Below, piece by piece: positions 48,299 through 57,679 of a DNA stretch of 64,000 nt. Made by a program: the position numbers and the translations under genes. Location of the stretch: contig CAVRBO010000004.1 of the NCBI GenBank assembly GCA_963719285.1, positions 95,103 through 159,102 on the forward strand. Reading direction: 5' to 3'. A model generated the notes under the pieces. It was not told the origin of the DNA. It ran no database searches and worked only from the letters and a program-made list of their open reading frames with translations. The DNA comes from an uncultured Chloroflexia bacterium (lineage in GTDB: Bacteria; Chloroflexota; Limnocylindria; Limnocylindrales; CSP1-4). Position 1 is the stretch's first letter. Each line of letters begins with the position of its first letter.

Positions 48299-49189
48299 CT
48301 ACCGGTCGACGGGCAGGTCCAGGCGATCGCCCCACTCGGCCCAGCCGCCGTCGTAGAGCGAGACGTCGTCGTAGCCGAGGAGCGTGAGCACGAACGCGAG
48401 CTTGGCCGCCGCGACGCCGGAGCCGTCGTAGCAGACGAGGCGCCGACCGCGGCTCACGCCGCCCTTGACCAACGACGCGCGGAGGATGTCGGCGGGGCGG
48501 AAGCGGCCGGTGCCGGGCTCGGTCATGGTCGCCACGGGGACGTTGATCGCACCCGGGATGTGGCCGAGGCGTCGGGCGTTGCCTTCCTGGCCGCGGAACT
48601 CGGCCGGGGCGCGACCGTCGAGGAGCATCACGTCCGGCGATCCGATGAGCCCCCGGACATCGGCCGTGGTGAGGCGCAGGCGAGCCGCCGCTCGCGGCGT
48701 GAACACGACGTGGCGGGGTACGGGCTGGGCGTTCGAGATCGGCCGATCCTCGTTCGCCCACGCACCGTAGCCGCCGTCGAGGATCCGGACCGACTCGTGG
48801 CCGTACACCCGCAGGCTCCACCAAACCCGCGACGCGATGAGCGACGCCGTGTCGTCGTAGAGCACGACCGTCGTGCCATCGCCGACGCCGACCCGGGTCA
48901 TGGCCGCGGCCACCTGCTCCGGGCCGGCGAGCAGGTACGGCCGTCCGTCGTCATCGGGATCGGCGAGGTCCGACGACCAGTCGACGTGGAACGCGCCCGG
49001 CACGTGGCCCGCGGCATGGGCCGCGAGCCCGGTCCCATCGGGCCGCCAGCGGACGTCGAGGATCCGCACCTCGGGTCGGTCGAGATTGGCCGCCAGCCAG
49101 TCGGTCGACGCGAGGAGTTCCGGGCGGGGGTAGCCGCTCGTCGAACCGGCCGTGGCGGGGACGCGCAGACGGCGGGGGGCGGATGGCAT
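48299..49189 (-). CDS. Sulfurtransferase (tandem rhodanese, SseA-like)
   Basis: LASTDWL, GHVPGA, LDGG, GHIPGA, LYDGGWAEW. Confidence 0.9.
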   Translation of the reverse strand: MPSAPRRLRVPATAGSTSGYPRPELLASTDWLAANLDRPEVRILDVRWRPDGTGLAAHAAGHVPGAFHVDWSSDLADPDDDGRPYLLAGPEQVAAAMTRVGVGDGTTVVLYDDTASLIASRVWWSLRVYGHESVRILDGGYGAWANEDRPISNAQPVPRHVVFTPRAAARLRLTTADVRGLIGSPDVMLLDGRAPAEFRGQEGNARRLGHIPGAINVPVATMTEPGTGRFRPADILRASLVKGGVSRGRRLVCYDGSGVAAAKLAFVLTLLGYDDVSLYDGGWAEWGDRLDLPVDR

Positions 49190-49209
49190 CGTCGATATCA
49201 TACGGAGCC

Positions 49210-50448
49210 GTGGTCTCCCCCTTCCTGCCGGACGACGCGCTGCTCTCGGCGGTGCGCGAAGCGCTGCCCGCGACCGGCGCCGGGATCTACCTCAACACCG
49301 GCACATCCGGTCCGCTTCCACGAGAGACCGCGCGGGCGATGGCCGACCTGGCCGAGATCGAGCTGACCCGCGGTCGCGCCTCATACGACGACTACATCGC
49401 GACGGTCCAGCGGATGGACGAGGCGCGTGCGGCCGTGGCCGCGATCCTCACGGCGGACGTGGACACGGTCGCCCTCACCTACTCGACGACCGACGGGATG
49501 AACATCGCCGCGCTCGGGCTCGACTGGCAGCCGGGTGACCGCGTCGTGACCTCATCGCTCGAGCATGTCGGCGGGCTCGCACCGCTCCAGATCCTGCGTG
49601 ATCGGCGGGGCGTGGACGTGTCGCTGGTCGAGATCGGCCGGGGCGGCGACGACGAGCGGACGCTGGCGGCGTTCGATTCGGCGATCACGCCGGGGACCCG
49701 GCTCGTGGCGATCTCCCATGTCGCCTGGTCCACCGGCGCGTGCCTGCCGGTCCGGGCGATCGCCGACCTGGCCCATGCCCGTGGCGCACTCGTTCTCGTG
49801 GACGGCGCTCAGGCCGCGGGAACCATCCCGGTCGATGTCACGGCGCTCGGTGCGGACGCCTACGCGATCCCCGCTCAGAAGTGGCTGCTCGGCCCGGAGG
49901 GGATGGGCGCCCTGTGGGTCGCCGCGTCGGCGATGGACCGGATCGCGCCCACGGTGGCCGGCTATTTCGCGTTCGATGCGCCCGGTATCCGGCCCCCGTT
50001 CCGCCTCTTCCCGGATGCCCGCCGGTTCGAGGCGGGCAGCCGTCACCAGCCGTCCGTGCTCGGGTTCGCGCGGAGCTGCGGCTGGCTCGCGATGCACGTC
50101 GGGCTCGAGTTCGTGTACCGGCGCGCGTCGGCGCTGTCGGCGCACCTCGCGGACGCGCTCGCCGCGACTCCCGGAGTCGAGCTCGTCACGCCACGCGATC
50201 ACCTCGCGACCCTGGTCACGTTCCGGATCGAGGGGTGGCCTGCCGAGGACGCCCTCGACGAGCTCGGCCGGCGGACATTCACGATCGCCCGGGTCATCCC
50301 GGAGACGGACTGGCTCCGCTGCAGCGTGGGGTTCTTCAATACCGAGGCCGAGCTGGACCGGATCGTCGCGACGGTCGCCGAGCTGGCGCGCCACACGCCG
50401 GAGACCCTGCCGCGTCGCCCGGCCATCGCGATCCTCGGCGAAGGCTGA
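49210..50448 (+). CDS. Aminotransferase class V PLP enzyme (cysteine desulfurase/lyase-like)
   Basis: YLNTGTSGP, EH, SHVAWSTG, VDGAQAAG, QKWLLGPEG, FFNTEAE. Confidence 0.9.
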   Translation: MVSPFLPDDALLSAVREALPATGAGIYLNTGTSGPLPRETARAMADLAEIELTRGRASYDDYIATVQRMDEARAAVAAILTADVDTVALTYSTTDGMNIAALGLDWQPGDRVVTSSLEHVGGLAPLQILRDRRGVDVSLVEIGRGGDDERTLAAFDSAITPGTRLVAISHVAWSTGACLPVRAIADLAHARGALVLVDGAQAAGTIPVDVTALGADAYAIPAQKWLLGPEGMGALWVAASAMDRIAPTVAGYFAFDAPGIRPPFRLFPDARRFEAGSRHQPSVLGFARSCGWLAMHVGLEFVYRRASALSAHLADALAATPGVELVTPRDHLATLVTFRIEGWPAEDALDELGRRTFTIARVIPETDWLRCSVGFFNTEAELDRIVATVAELARHTPETLPRRPAIAILGEG

Positions 50449-50458
50449 CCGGGCCGCG

Positions 50459-50884
50459 ATGACCGATCCCGCGCGGCCGACCGACCCGACCGGTCGTCGT
50501 CCCGTGCCCCCACGCCGTTCGTGGCTGGCCGTCCGGTGGCGCCAGTTCCGCAACGCGCCCCGACCCGTGGTCCGGGCAGTGGTCTCGAGCCTGACCGTCG
50601 CGGTCGTGCTCGGTGTCGCGTACCTCGCGTACGACGTGGCGATCAGCCGGGGCGCCCGGCTGCCGGGCGGCGACCTGCGGACGCTCGCGGTCGCGCTCTT
50701 CGTCGCGGTCGTGCTCGCGGCCGGCAGCCTCGTCACGTATCTCGTCGTGCCACTCCCCGTAGGCGCGAGCACGCGCACGATCCGTACCCCGTGGAGTGCC
50801 GCCCTCGGCCTGCTCGCGGCCGCGCCGATCGCCTACCTCGCGCTCGTCGTCGAGGCCCAGCTCCTCAAGCCGCTGTTCGTCTGA
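50459..50884 (+). CDS. Small membrane protein (3 TM)
   Basis: Three hydrophobic segments; starts 10 nt after the upstream stop. Confidence 0.7.
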   Translation: MTDPARPTDPTGRRPVPPRRSWLAVRWRQFRNAPRPVVRAVVSSLTVAVVLGVAYLAYDVAISRGARLPGGDLRTLAVALFVAVVLAAGSLVTYLVVPLPVGASTRTIRTPWSAALGLLAAAPIAYLALVVEAQLLKPLFV

Positions 50885-51075
50885 CAGCCGCCGGCTCCGG
50901 GAGCGGGCGCCGACAGCGGGATATCCCGCCACGGAAGGGCACCGGCGCACCACGGGCAACTCGGCCCTTCCCTTGTCGGGGACCCACTAGTACCATTCCC
51001 GGGTACCCTCATGGGGTTATCATGCGTCGGCGGCACGGTCGTCCGCCGTCTCGTCACTTGGCCGGAGGTCTCCTG

Positions 51076-51360
51076 GTGCCCCAGGAAGTCCACCACGTCG
51101 CTCTTCCGAAGCTGTACGGGCAGCCCGCCTACGCGAGGCCGCCCCGCCCGGTCGAGGACACCCCGCGCCCGTTCGATCCGGACGAGCTGCCGCTGACGGT
51201 CGAGATGACCGAGGAAGAGCGGATGGAGGCCGAGGCCCTGCCCGGCCAGCGCTACACGACCGGCGGCGCCGAGCCCCCGATCAACGGCCACGACGGCTCG
51301 CTCAGCCCGCGCCCGCTCCGCCTCAAGAAGATCGCCGCGCGCCTGCTCAAGGGCGAGTAG
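51076..51360 (+). CDS. Hypothetical protein
   Basis: GGAGG SD before GTG 51076; HVALPKLYGQPAYARPPR...PFDPDELPL. Confidence 0.65.
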   Translation: MPQEVHHVALPKLYGQPAYARPPRPVEDTPRPFDPDELPLTVEMTEEERMEAEALPGQRYTTGGAEPPINGHDGSLSPRPLRLKKIAARLLKGE

Positions 51361-51430
51361 CTCCCACCCCTCCACGGACATCGGCCTCGGCAGGTTGTGC
51401 GCGCACGCCCGGCTCGCGGGAGCCGGAGGA

Positions 51431-51508
51431 TGGTAGGGGAGGGTGGACTCGAACCACCGACTTCCGAGGTATAAGCTCGGCGCCTCTGACCGACTGGGCT
51501 ACTCCCCC
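51431..51508 (-). tRNA. tRNA-Ile (anticodon UAU)
   Basis: GGGGGAG/CTCCCCT acceptor stem, A73, encoded CCA, anticodon arm CCGAG-CTTATAC-CTCGG, T arm GGTGG-TTCGAGT-CCACC. Confidence 0.9.
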
Positions 51509-51561
51509 ATCCGACGGTCAGTGTATGCCTGCCCTCCACCCGTTCGCCCGAAGGAGGCGCC

Positions 51562-51855
51562 GTGGGCCCGCCCGTTGCCGCCGGGATCGCCACGCTCGCG
51601 GCGGCCGTCGGCCTGCTGGTCGCGTGGCACGCGGCCACCCATGGCGGCACCGCGTTCCGGGATCGGCGTGAGTGGCTCGTGGGCGGGCCGATGGTCTTCA
51701 GCGGCGTCGGGTTCATCGTCGTGGGCGCGATCGTCCTGCCGGGCGTCCCGATCGCCGGCGTGCTGATCGCCGGCTGGGGACTCATCGAGATCGCGATGGT
51801 CGCGATCCTTGCGATGCGGTCCCGGCGCTCCGATCGGTCGAAGCCGGGGCGCTGA
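51562..51855 (+). CDS. Small membrane protein
   Basis: AAGGAGG SD before GTG; three hydrophobic segments. Confidence 0.7.
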   Translation: MGPPVAAGIATLAAAVGLLVAWHAATHGGTAFRDRREWLVGGPMVFSGVGFIVVGAIVLPGVPIAGVLIAGWGLIEIAMVAILAMRSRRSDRSKPGR

Positions 51856-51877
51856 CCGACCCGTCCCGCGATGGCGC

Positions 51878-52681
51878 TCAGGCCGGCGTGAGTCGATGCC
51901 AGCGCCAGGTCATCTCGGCGATCAGGGGGTGGTCGGGCGCGACGATCGTGGGGGAGCGGTTGAGCGAATCCGGGGCGGCCGTCTCGGGCTCCACGCAGAT
52001 CGCGCCCACCGGCTCGTCGTAGACGACCCAGGCAGGCGCGTCCGACTCGACCGTCAACTCCAGAAAGCCCGGCCAGCGCAGGACCGGAGGCCGGCGGACG
52101 TCGGCGAAGCAGTCGTCCCACGGGCGCGGTCGCGGAGGCACGAGGCGCCCGGTCGGGATGCCGTCGGCGTCGCGCTCGTACATCGCGCCGGCCTCGAAGT
52201 CGAGTTCCAGATCGCCGGCCGGTGGCGCGCCCGGGAGGACCGCGGCCGGTCGTCGCGCGAACCACGGATGCCAGCCGAGCGCGGCGGGCATCGATTCATC
52301 GGCGTGGAGCTCGAGCCGGAAGGTGAGGCGGCCGGGAGCGAGGTCGAACCTGTGCACGACCCGGCCGGCGAACGGCCATGGATCGCCGAGCTCGGCCTCG
52401 ATCGTCCGGTCGTCGACCCGCCGCCAGGTCCGGTCGTAGAGCACGCCGTGCATCGCGTGGGGCGGCTCGTTGAGCGGCAATTGCCACGTCCTGCCGTCAT
52501 ATTCGAAGCGGCCGCTCCTGAGACGACCGGCGAACGGGGCCATGACATACGACCCCCAGCGGAAGCCGTTCGGGTCGCTCGTGACGAGGAGCTCGCGCCC
52601 GTCGACGACGAATGAGGCGAGGCGTCCACCCACGACAAGGTCGATGTCCGCGCGGGCACCCGTGGTCTCGAGACGCAACAT
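51878..52681 (-). CDS. Aldose 1-epimerase family protein
   Basis: PFAGRL, HAMHG, GWHPWF, DDCF, ICVEP. Confidence 0.9.
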   Translation of the reverse strand: MLRLETTGARADIDLVVGGRLASFVVDGRELLVTSDPNGFRWGSYVMAPFAGRLRSGRFEYDGRTWQLPLNEPPHAMHGVLYDRTWRRVDDRTIEAELGDPWPFAGRVVHRFDLAPGRLTFRLELHADESMPAALGWHPWFARRPAAVLPGAPPAGDLELDFEAGAMYERDADGIPTGRLVPPRPRPWDDCFADVRRPPVLRWPGFLELTVESDAPAWVVYDEPVGAICVEPETAAPDSLNRSPTIVAPDHPLIAEMTWRWHRLTPA

Positions 52682-52912
52682 GTCTTCCGATGCTACCGGG
52701 ACGGGACGCCTGTGCGCTTGCCCGCTGAGCGTGCGGGCACCGGGACGTGAAGGAACCTCGCCCGAACAAGCGACCGGGCGGAGGTCGCCATTCAGGTGGC
52801 TCTAAGACAAGATGGCGACACTGAGGCCGCGGCTCCGCCAGGCGCATCGTCGCGATGCGCGCTGGACGTGTTCGGACGGACCCGCGATCGCAACATCCAC
52901 GCCGAAGGATCG

Positions 52913-54286
52913 ATGACGGCAAGTCCGGGATCCACTGCCAGCCGCGTCCCGCTGCCCCGCGTGTGGGGCCTCCGCGCGAGCGACGTCTATGCGCTCGTGG
53001 GCGGCAACGCGCTGGTCATCGCCGCGATGTGGCTGCGGCATGGCGGCACCGACCAGTTCGCCACCGTGTCCGGCACGGTGACCGCCGTCGGCCAGCTCAC
53101 GGCGCTCCTGGGTACCTACGGCGCGCTGCTCCAGCTCGTGCTCATGTCCCGGAGCCCCTGGCTCGACCAGGTCTTCGGCATGGATCGGCTCGCCGTCGCG
53201 CATCGCTGGCTCGGGTTTGCGACCGTCTGGTTGCTCCTCGGCCACACCCTGGGCACCACCGTGGGCTACGCCCTCGGCGACGGGAGCTCCGTCCTCGACG
53301 AGGGCTGGACGCTCGTCACGACCTACCCGTACATGCTGATGGCGACCGTCGCGATGGGCCTCTTCGTCGTGATCGGGGTCTCGTCCATCCGGTTCGCCCG
53401 GCGGGCGATCTCCTACGAGACGTGGCACGGCATCCATCTCTACGCCTACCTGGCGATCGCGCTCGCGTTCATGCACGCGCTGGTCGTCGGCACGGACTTC
53501 AGGGACGATCGGGTCGCCAAGGTGTACTGGATCGGCCTGTACGTCATCGCCGGGGGGCTCATCGTCGCCTTCCGGTTCGGCGCTCCGCTGCGACTCAACT
53601 GGCGCCACCGGATGCGGATCGCGAACGTCATCCAGGAGACACCCGGCACGGTGTCGGTCTACATCACCGGGCGCGACCTCGATCGCCTGTCGGTCCGGGC
53701 GGGCCAGTACTTCCAGTGGCGGTTCCTCGTCCGCGACGGCTGGTGGCGAGCGCACCCCTACTCAATCTCATCGGCACCGAACGGAAAGTGGTTGCGCATC
53801 ACGATCAAGGACCTCGGGACCGACTCGAGCACCGCGAGCCAGCTCGCGATCGGGACACGGGTGTTCGCCGAGGGGCCGTACGGGGCGTTCACCGGGGCGA
53901 GGCGAGCTCACCGGAAGGTCCTCCTCGTCGCCGGCGGGATCGGCGTCACCCCGCTCCGCGCGCTGCTGGAAGAACTGCCCGGCCGGAAGGGCGACATCGG
54001 CCTGATCTACCGGGCCAGGAACAACGCCGAGCTGGTGTTCCGGGACGAGCTCGACGCCCTCGCCGCCCTGCGCGGGGTGAGCGTGCGATATCTCGTCGGC
54101 CGGTCCGGCCGGGAGGTGCCCAGTGAGCCGCTGAGCGCCGGCTGGCTGCGACGCTACGCCCCCGACATCCGCGAGCGTGACGTCTACGTCTGCGGCCCGG
54201 AACCCATGATGGCGACGGTCATCGCGAGCCTCCGGGACCTCGGCCTGCCCGCGTCGCAGATCCACCGCGAATCGTTCTCCTACTGA
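52913..54286 (+). CDS. Ferric reductase-like transmembrane protein with FAD/NAD-binding domain
   Basis: HRWLG, YETWHGIHLYAY, AHPYSISS, EGPYG, AGGIGVTP, YVCGP, IHRESF. Confidence 0.92.
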   Translation: MTASPGSTASRVPLPRVWGLRASDVYALVGGNALVIAAMWLRHGGTDQFATVSGTVTAVGQLTALLGTYGALLQLVLMSRSPWLDQVFGMDRLAVAHRWLGFATVWLLLGHTLGTTVGYALGDGSSVLDEGWTLVTTYPYMLMATVAMGLFVVIGVSSIRFARRAISYETWHGIHLYAYLAIALAFMHALVVGTDFRDDRVAKVYWIGLYVIAGGLIVAFRFGAPLRLNWRHRMRIANVIQETPGTVSVYITGRDLDRLSVRAGQYFQWRFLVRDGWWRAHPYSISSAPNGKWLRITIKDLGTDSSTASQLAIGTRVFAEGPYGAFTGARRAHRKVLLVAGGIGVTPLRALLEELPGRKGDIGLIYRARNNAELVFRDELDALAALRGVSVRYLVGRSGREVPSEPLSAGWLRRYAPDIRERDVYVCGPEPMMATVIASLRDLGLPASQIHRESFSY

Positions 54287-54299
54287 GCCCGATATGGTG

Positions 54300-54785
54300 A
54301 TGCCACGGTTCCCCAAGCGCGCTCTGGCCGCCATCTTCTCGACGGCGCTCGGGCTCGCCTTCATCTTCAGCTTCAAGACGCCCGACGGGCCCCCGCTCGC
54401 CCTGTCGGGTCCGCGGGCGACCGCGACGCCACGGCCGCCGGGTTCGGGCACGCGCGGACCGGTCGCGACGCCACGGCCGGCCGATCCCGGCTTGGCCGGC
54501 GGGACCCTCCGTGACGGGACGGTCATGGGGCCCGAGATCGACATGCGCTTCGGCCCGGTCCAGGTCCAGGTGACGATCACCGGCGGCCGGATCGTCGATG
54601 TGACGCCGCTCGAACTCCCGAGCGGCGGCCGGTCCGGCCGGATCTCGTCGTACGCGGAGCCGACGCTCCGGAGCGAGGCGCTCCGGGCGCAGAGCGCCCA
54701 GATCGATCTCGTCTCGGGGGCGACCTACACGAGCGCGGCGTACTCCCAGTCGCTCCAGTCGGCCCTCGATCAGGCACATGGCTGA
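54300..54785 (+). CDS. FMN-binding (flavinylated) exported protein
   Basis: N-terminal TM/signal, FGPVQVQVT, IDLVSGATYTS flavinylation motif. Confidence 0.9.
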   Translation: MPRFPKRALAAIFSTALGLAFIFSFKTPDGPPLALSGPRATATPRPPGSGTRGPVATPRPADPGLAGGTLRDGTVMGPEIDMRFGPVQVQVTITGGRIVDVTPLELPSGGRSGRISSYAEPTLRSEALRAQSAQIDLVSGATYTSAAYSQSLQSALDQAHG

Positions 54786-55614
54786 GCTCCGCTCCGTGGC
54801 CGGCCCGCGCTCGACCCGCGCCTCACGGCGGGACCTCCACGGCGTCGCGGACATCATGGGCACCGTCATCAGCGTCGACATCCGCGACGCGGCCCAGCCG
54901 ACCATCCTCGAGGCGGTGTTCGGTTCGCTGCGCGAGGTCGATCGGCGGTTCAGCCCGTTCAGGCGGGACAGCGAGGTCAGCCGGCTGATGCGTGGGGAAC
55001 TGGACGACGGCGCCGCGAGTCCGGAGCTGCGCGCCGTCCTCGAGCTGTGCGAGACCATGCGCCGCTCGACCCACGGCTACTTCGACGCCCGCCGGCACCG
55101 ACCGGACGCCAGGCTCGATCCGACCGGGGTCGTCAAGGGCTGGTCGATCGAGCGGGCCGCCCGGCTCCTCGATGCCGACGGCGCTCGGAACTACGCGATC
55201 AATGCCGGGGGCGACATCGTGGCCCGGGGGGAGTGCGAGCCCGGCCGCGGCTGGCGCGTCGGGATCCAGCACCCTCGCGTCGCGGATCAGGTCGCCGCGG
55301 TCCTTGTCATCCGCGACGGGGCGGTCGCCACGTCCGGGGCCTACGAGCGGGGGGCCCATATCGTGGACCCGCACACCGGTCGGCCCGCCGAGGGACTCCT
55401 CAGCGTCACGGTCTACGGGCCGGACCTCGCGATCGCGGATGCGTACGCGACCGCCGCGTTCGCGATGGGCGCGGAGGGACCCGCCTGGGTGGCCGACCAG
55501 CCCGGCTATGGGGCGCTGGCGATCACAACCGACGACCGGGTCGTATGGACGCCCCTGATCGACCCGCTGCTCAGGACCCGGGATCGGACCCAGGAACCGG
55601 GTCGCCCGACCTGA
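54778..55614 (+). CDS. apbE: FAD:protein FMN transferase
   Basis: IMGT, FSPFRRDSEVS, LDPTGVVKG, NAGGD, VATSG, HIVDPHTG, ADAYATA. Confidence 0.92.
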   Translation: MAELRSVAGPRSTRASRRDLHGVADIMGTVISVDIRDAAQPTILEAVFGSLREVDRRFSPFRRDSEVSRLMRGELDDGAASPELRAVLELCETMRRSTHGYFDARRHRPDARLDPTGVVKGWSIERAARLLDADGARNYAINAGGDIVARGECEPGRGWRVGIQHPRVADQVAAVLVIRDGAVATSGAYERGAHIVDPHTGRPAEGLLSVTVYGPDLAIADAYATAAFAMGAEGPAWVADQPGYGALAITTDDRVVWTPLIDPLLRTRDRTQEPGRPT

Positions 55615-55617
55615 GGC

Positions 55618-56550
55618 TCAGCAGCCGGGGTCGTCGGGGAGCATCGGCAGGAGCACGAGGGTGTAGTCCTTCCCGCCCGACCGCCAGCCCGTGATCGAGC
55701 TCGCCCGGGGGAACAGGGGGCGAAGGGTCTCGAGGTCCGCTCCGGTCACGACGGCGCACCGGAAGCCGGTCGCGACACCGGTGCCGGGCGCCCCGAACGT
55801 CGCGAGCGGGGTCGGGAGCGGCCAGGCGATCGGCGGTCGGGCGAGTGCCGGGTCGCCCGGCTGGGGAGCGCCATCCGAGACGAGGATACGGAGGGAGCTG
55901 TACATGTACGGGGCATCCGGCCCCACCACGCCCGCTCCGAGGGACCCGCGGAGGTCGCCGAGCACCTGGGTGAAGGAACGCAGCCGGGTCCGGGCGGCGA
56001 CGTTCCCGGCCCCGCCCTCCATCGACGGATCCGAGAAGCCGAGCGCATACGCGGCGATGTGGTGGGTCGAACCGGCGGCGACGACCGTGAACTCGGCCGT
56101 CGTGGCGTCGGCGATGCCGGTCGCGTCGTAGTGGGCGTCCGGCCCTAGGAGGCCGGCGGCCGCGGCGATGGCGAGGAGCTGCTGCAGGCCCCCCTCGGTG
56201 AGCTTCGTCACGACGAGGTTCGGCAGTGCCGGGCCGGGGAAGATCGCCGGCACAGGCCCCTGGGTGATGACCGAGCCGTCACCGTACAGCACGGACGACG
56301 GGTACCGCCCCAGGTCGGCACGAGGTCCGGCGAACCCTCCGGTCTCGGCGTAGCGGAGGACGAGCTCGCGAGCGCCGGTCGGGTGGACGATGTTGAGCCC
56401 GCCGGGGCTGTCCCCCGGACCGCCCGACGACGATGGCGACGCCGCCGATCCGCAGGCTCCGATCAGGCCGGCGAGCAGGCCACCGGCGATGAGCGCCCGG
56501 AGGCGAGGACTGGCGGATCGCGGCGCGGGATATCGGCGGGTCGGATGCAC
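55618..56550 (-). CDS. Putative lipoprotein
   Basis: Lipobox IGAC, S/P linker, TGGF, LYGDG, ADATT, PMLPD; start uncertain. Confidence 0.75.
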   Translation of the reverse strand: MHPTRRYPAPRSASPRLRALIAGGLLAGLIGACGSAASPSSSGGPGDSPGGLNIVHPTGARELVLRYAETGGFAGPRADLGRYPSSVLYGDGSVITQGPVPAIFPGPALPNLVVTKLTEGGLQQLLAIAAAAGLLGPDAHYDATGIADATTAEFTVVAAGSTHHIAAYALGFSDPSMEGGAGNVAARTRLRSFTQVLGDLRGSLGAGVVGPDAPYMYSSLRILVSDGAPQPGDPALARPPIAWPLPTPLATFGAPGTGVATGFRCAVVTGADLETLRPLFPRASSITGWRSGGKDYTLVLLPMLPDDPGC

Positions 56551-56704
56551 GCGAGCGGGTCCTCGTGATTCATGCGGCGGTCGCCCCGGTCGGCCCGGAG
56601 GAGACGCCGCCATCGCGGGTGTGGTTCCGGACCGGTCCGCAGGGTATCGCCCCGGATGCCTCCCCGGCCGGGACCGGCCGCTGCGTTCGCGCAGGGACCG
56701 GAGC

Positions 56705-57460
56705 TCAGGCGCCGGTGATCTGTTCGAGGACCTGCTCGAGCCGGCCCGGGGTGAGGCTGCGCTGCGGCGGCAGCGATGCCACCCAGTCGGCGACCTGTTC
56801 GCGCGTGATGACCGCGCAATTGGGCGTCCGGGCCAGGCCCTCCTCGGTCGTGATGAGCGCCCCGTAGACCTTGACCAGGAAGTCCCGATCGTCGTGGGTG
56901 AGCCAGCGGCGCACCCGGTCCGTGTCCCGGCCGACCCGCTCGATCGGGCTCTCGAGCGGCGTCCACCGTCCGTTGTCGAGGTGGATCTCCCAGCGGCTGT
57001 CCGTGTGGCGGGTGTAGCGGGCGGGCGGCGCGACCTCCAGGACGGCGACGCCATGCGGACCCACGACGATCTCGGGCACGGACCGTCCGTCCGGCAGGAC
57101 GACGTCGGTCGCGACGTGGTAGTCGTTGCCGAGCGCCTTCTTGTACCTTGCGAGCATGGGCGTCCGGGGCTTGAGCCGTGCGAGCGCCTTTGTCGTCGTG
57201 TCCAGGCGGAGCAGGCCGACGATGAGGCACGCGGCCGGCAGGATGAGGGCGATCATCCAGGCGGCGATCCCGACGATCGTCTGACCGGCGGTCGCGCGGA
57301 GCGGGGCCTGGAAGCTGCCGAGGACCGGGGTGCCGAAGACGAGCCACCCGAGGACCACGCCGGTGACGATCAGGATCGCCCCGACGACGCCTCCGCCGAG
57401 GACGGAGACCAGGGCGGCCGGGCTGACCCGGCGACCGCGACGGGAGCTGATGACCTGCAT
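56705..57460 (-). CDS. Membrane protein with NERD-like nuclease-related domain
   Basis: Two TM helices, then LGNDYHVATDVVL, IVVGPHGVAVLEV, SPIERV. Confidence 0.7.
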   Translation of the reverse strand: MQVISSRRGRRVSPAALVSVLGGGVVGAILIVTGVVLGWLVFGTPVLGSFQAPLRATAGQTIVGIAAWMIALILPAACLIVGLLRLDTTTKALARLKPRTPMLARYKKALGNDYHVATDVVLPDGRSVPEIVVGPHGVAVLEVAPPARYTRHTDSRWEIHLDNGRWTPLESPIERVGRDTDRVRRWLTHDDRDFLVKVYGALITTEEGLARTPNCAVITREQVADWVASLPPQRSLTPGRLEQVLEQITGA

Positions 57461-57679
57461 CGCCCAAGACTGCGGCATCGGGCACGCCCTGACCATGGCC
57501 ACTTCGGGGTAGACCGGGCCAGCCGAAGGAACTGCCCGACCCCAATTCCGGCGCGTCCAGGCAACTCCCCGGACCGCTGGAGGGCCTCGATAGACAGCCG
57601 TACCATTGCCCATCCCCGCCCGAGCGAGCATCCTCCGTTCGTGTCCGGGAGAGCCCGCCCGGTCCAGAGGACTTATCTC

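Noticed and set aside
51361-51560. Genomic island integrated at the tRNA
   Set aside because: No integrase, no duplicated tRNA 3' end seen, and no compositional shift.
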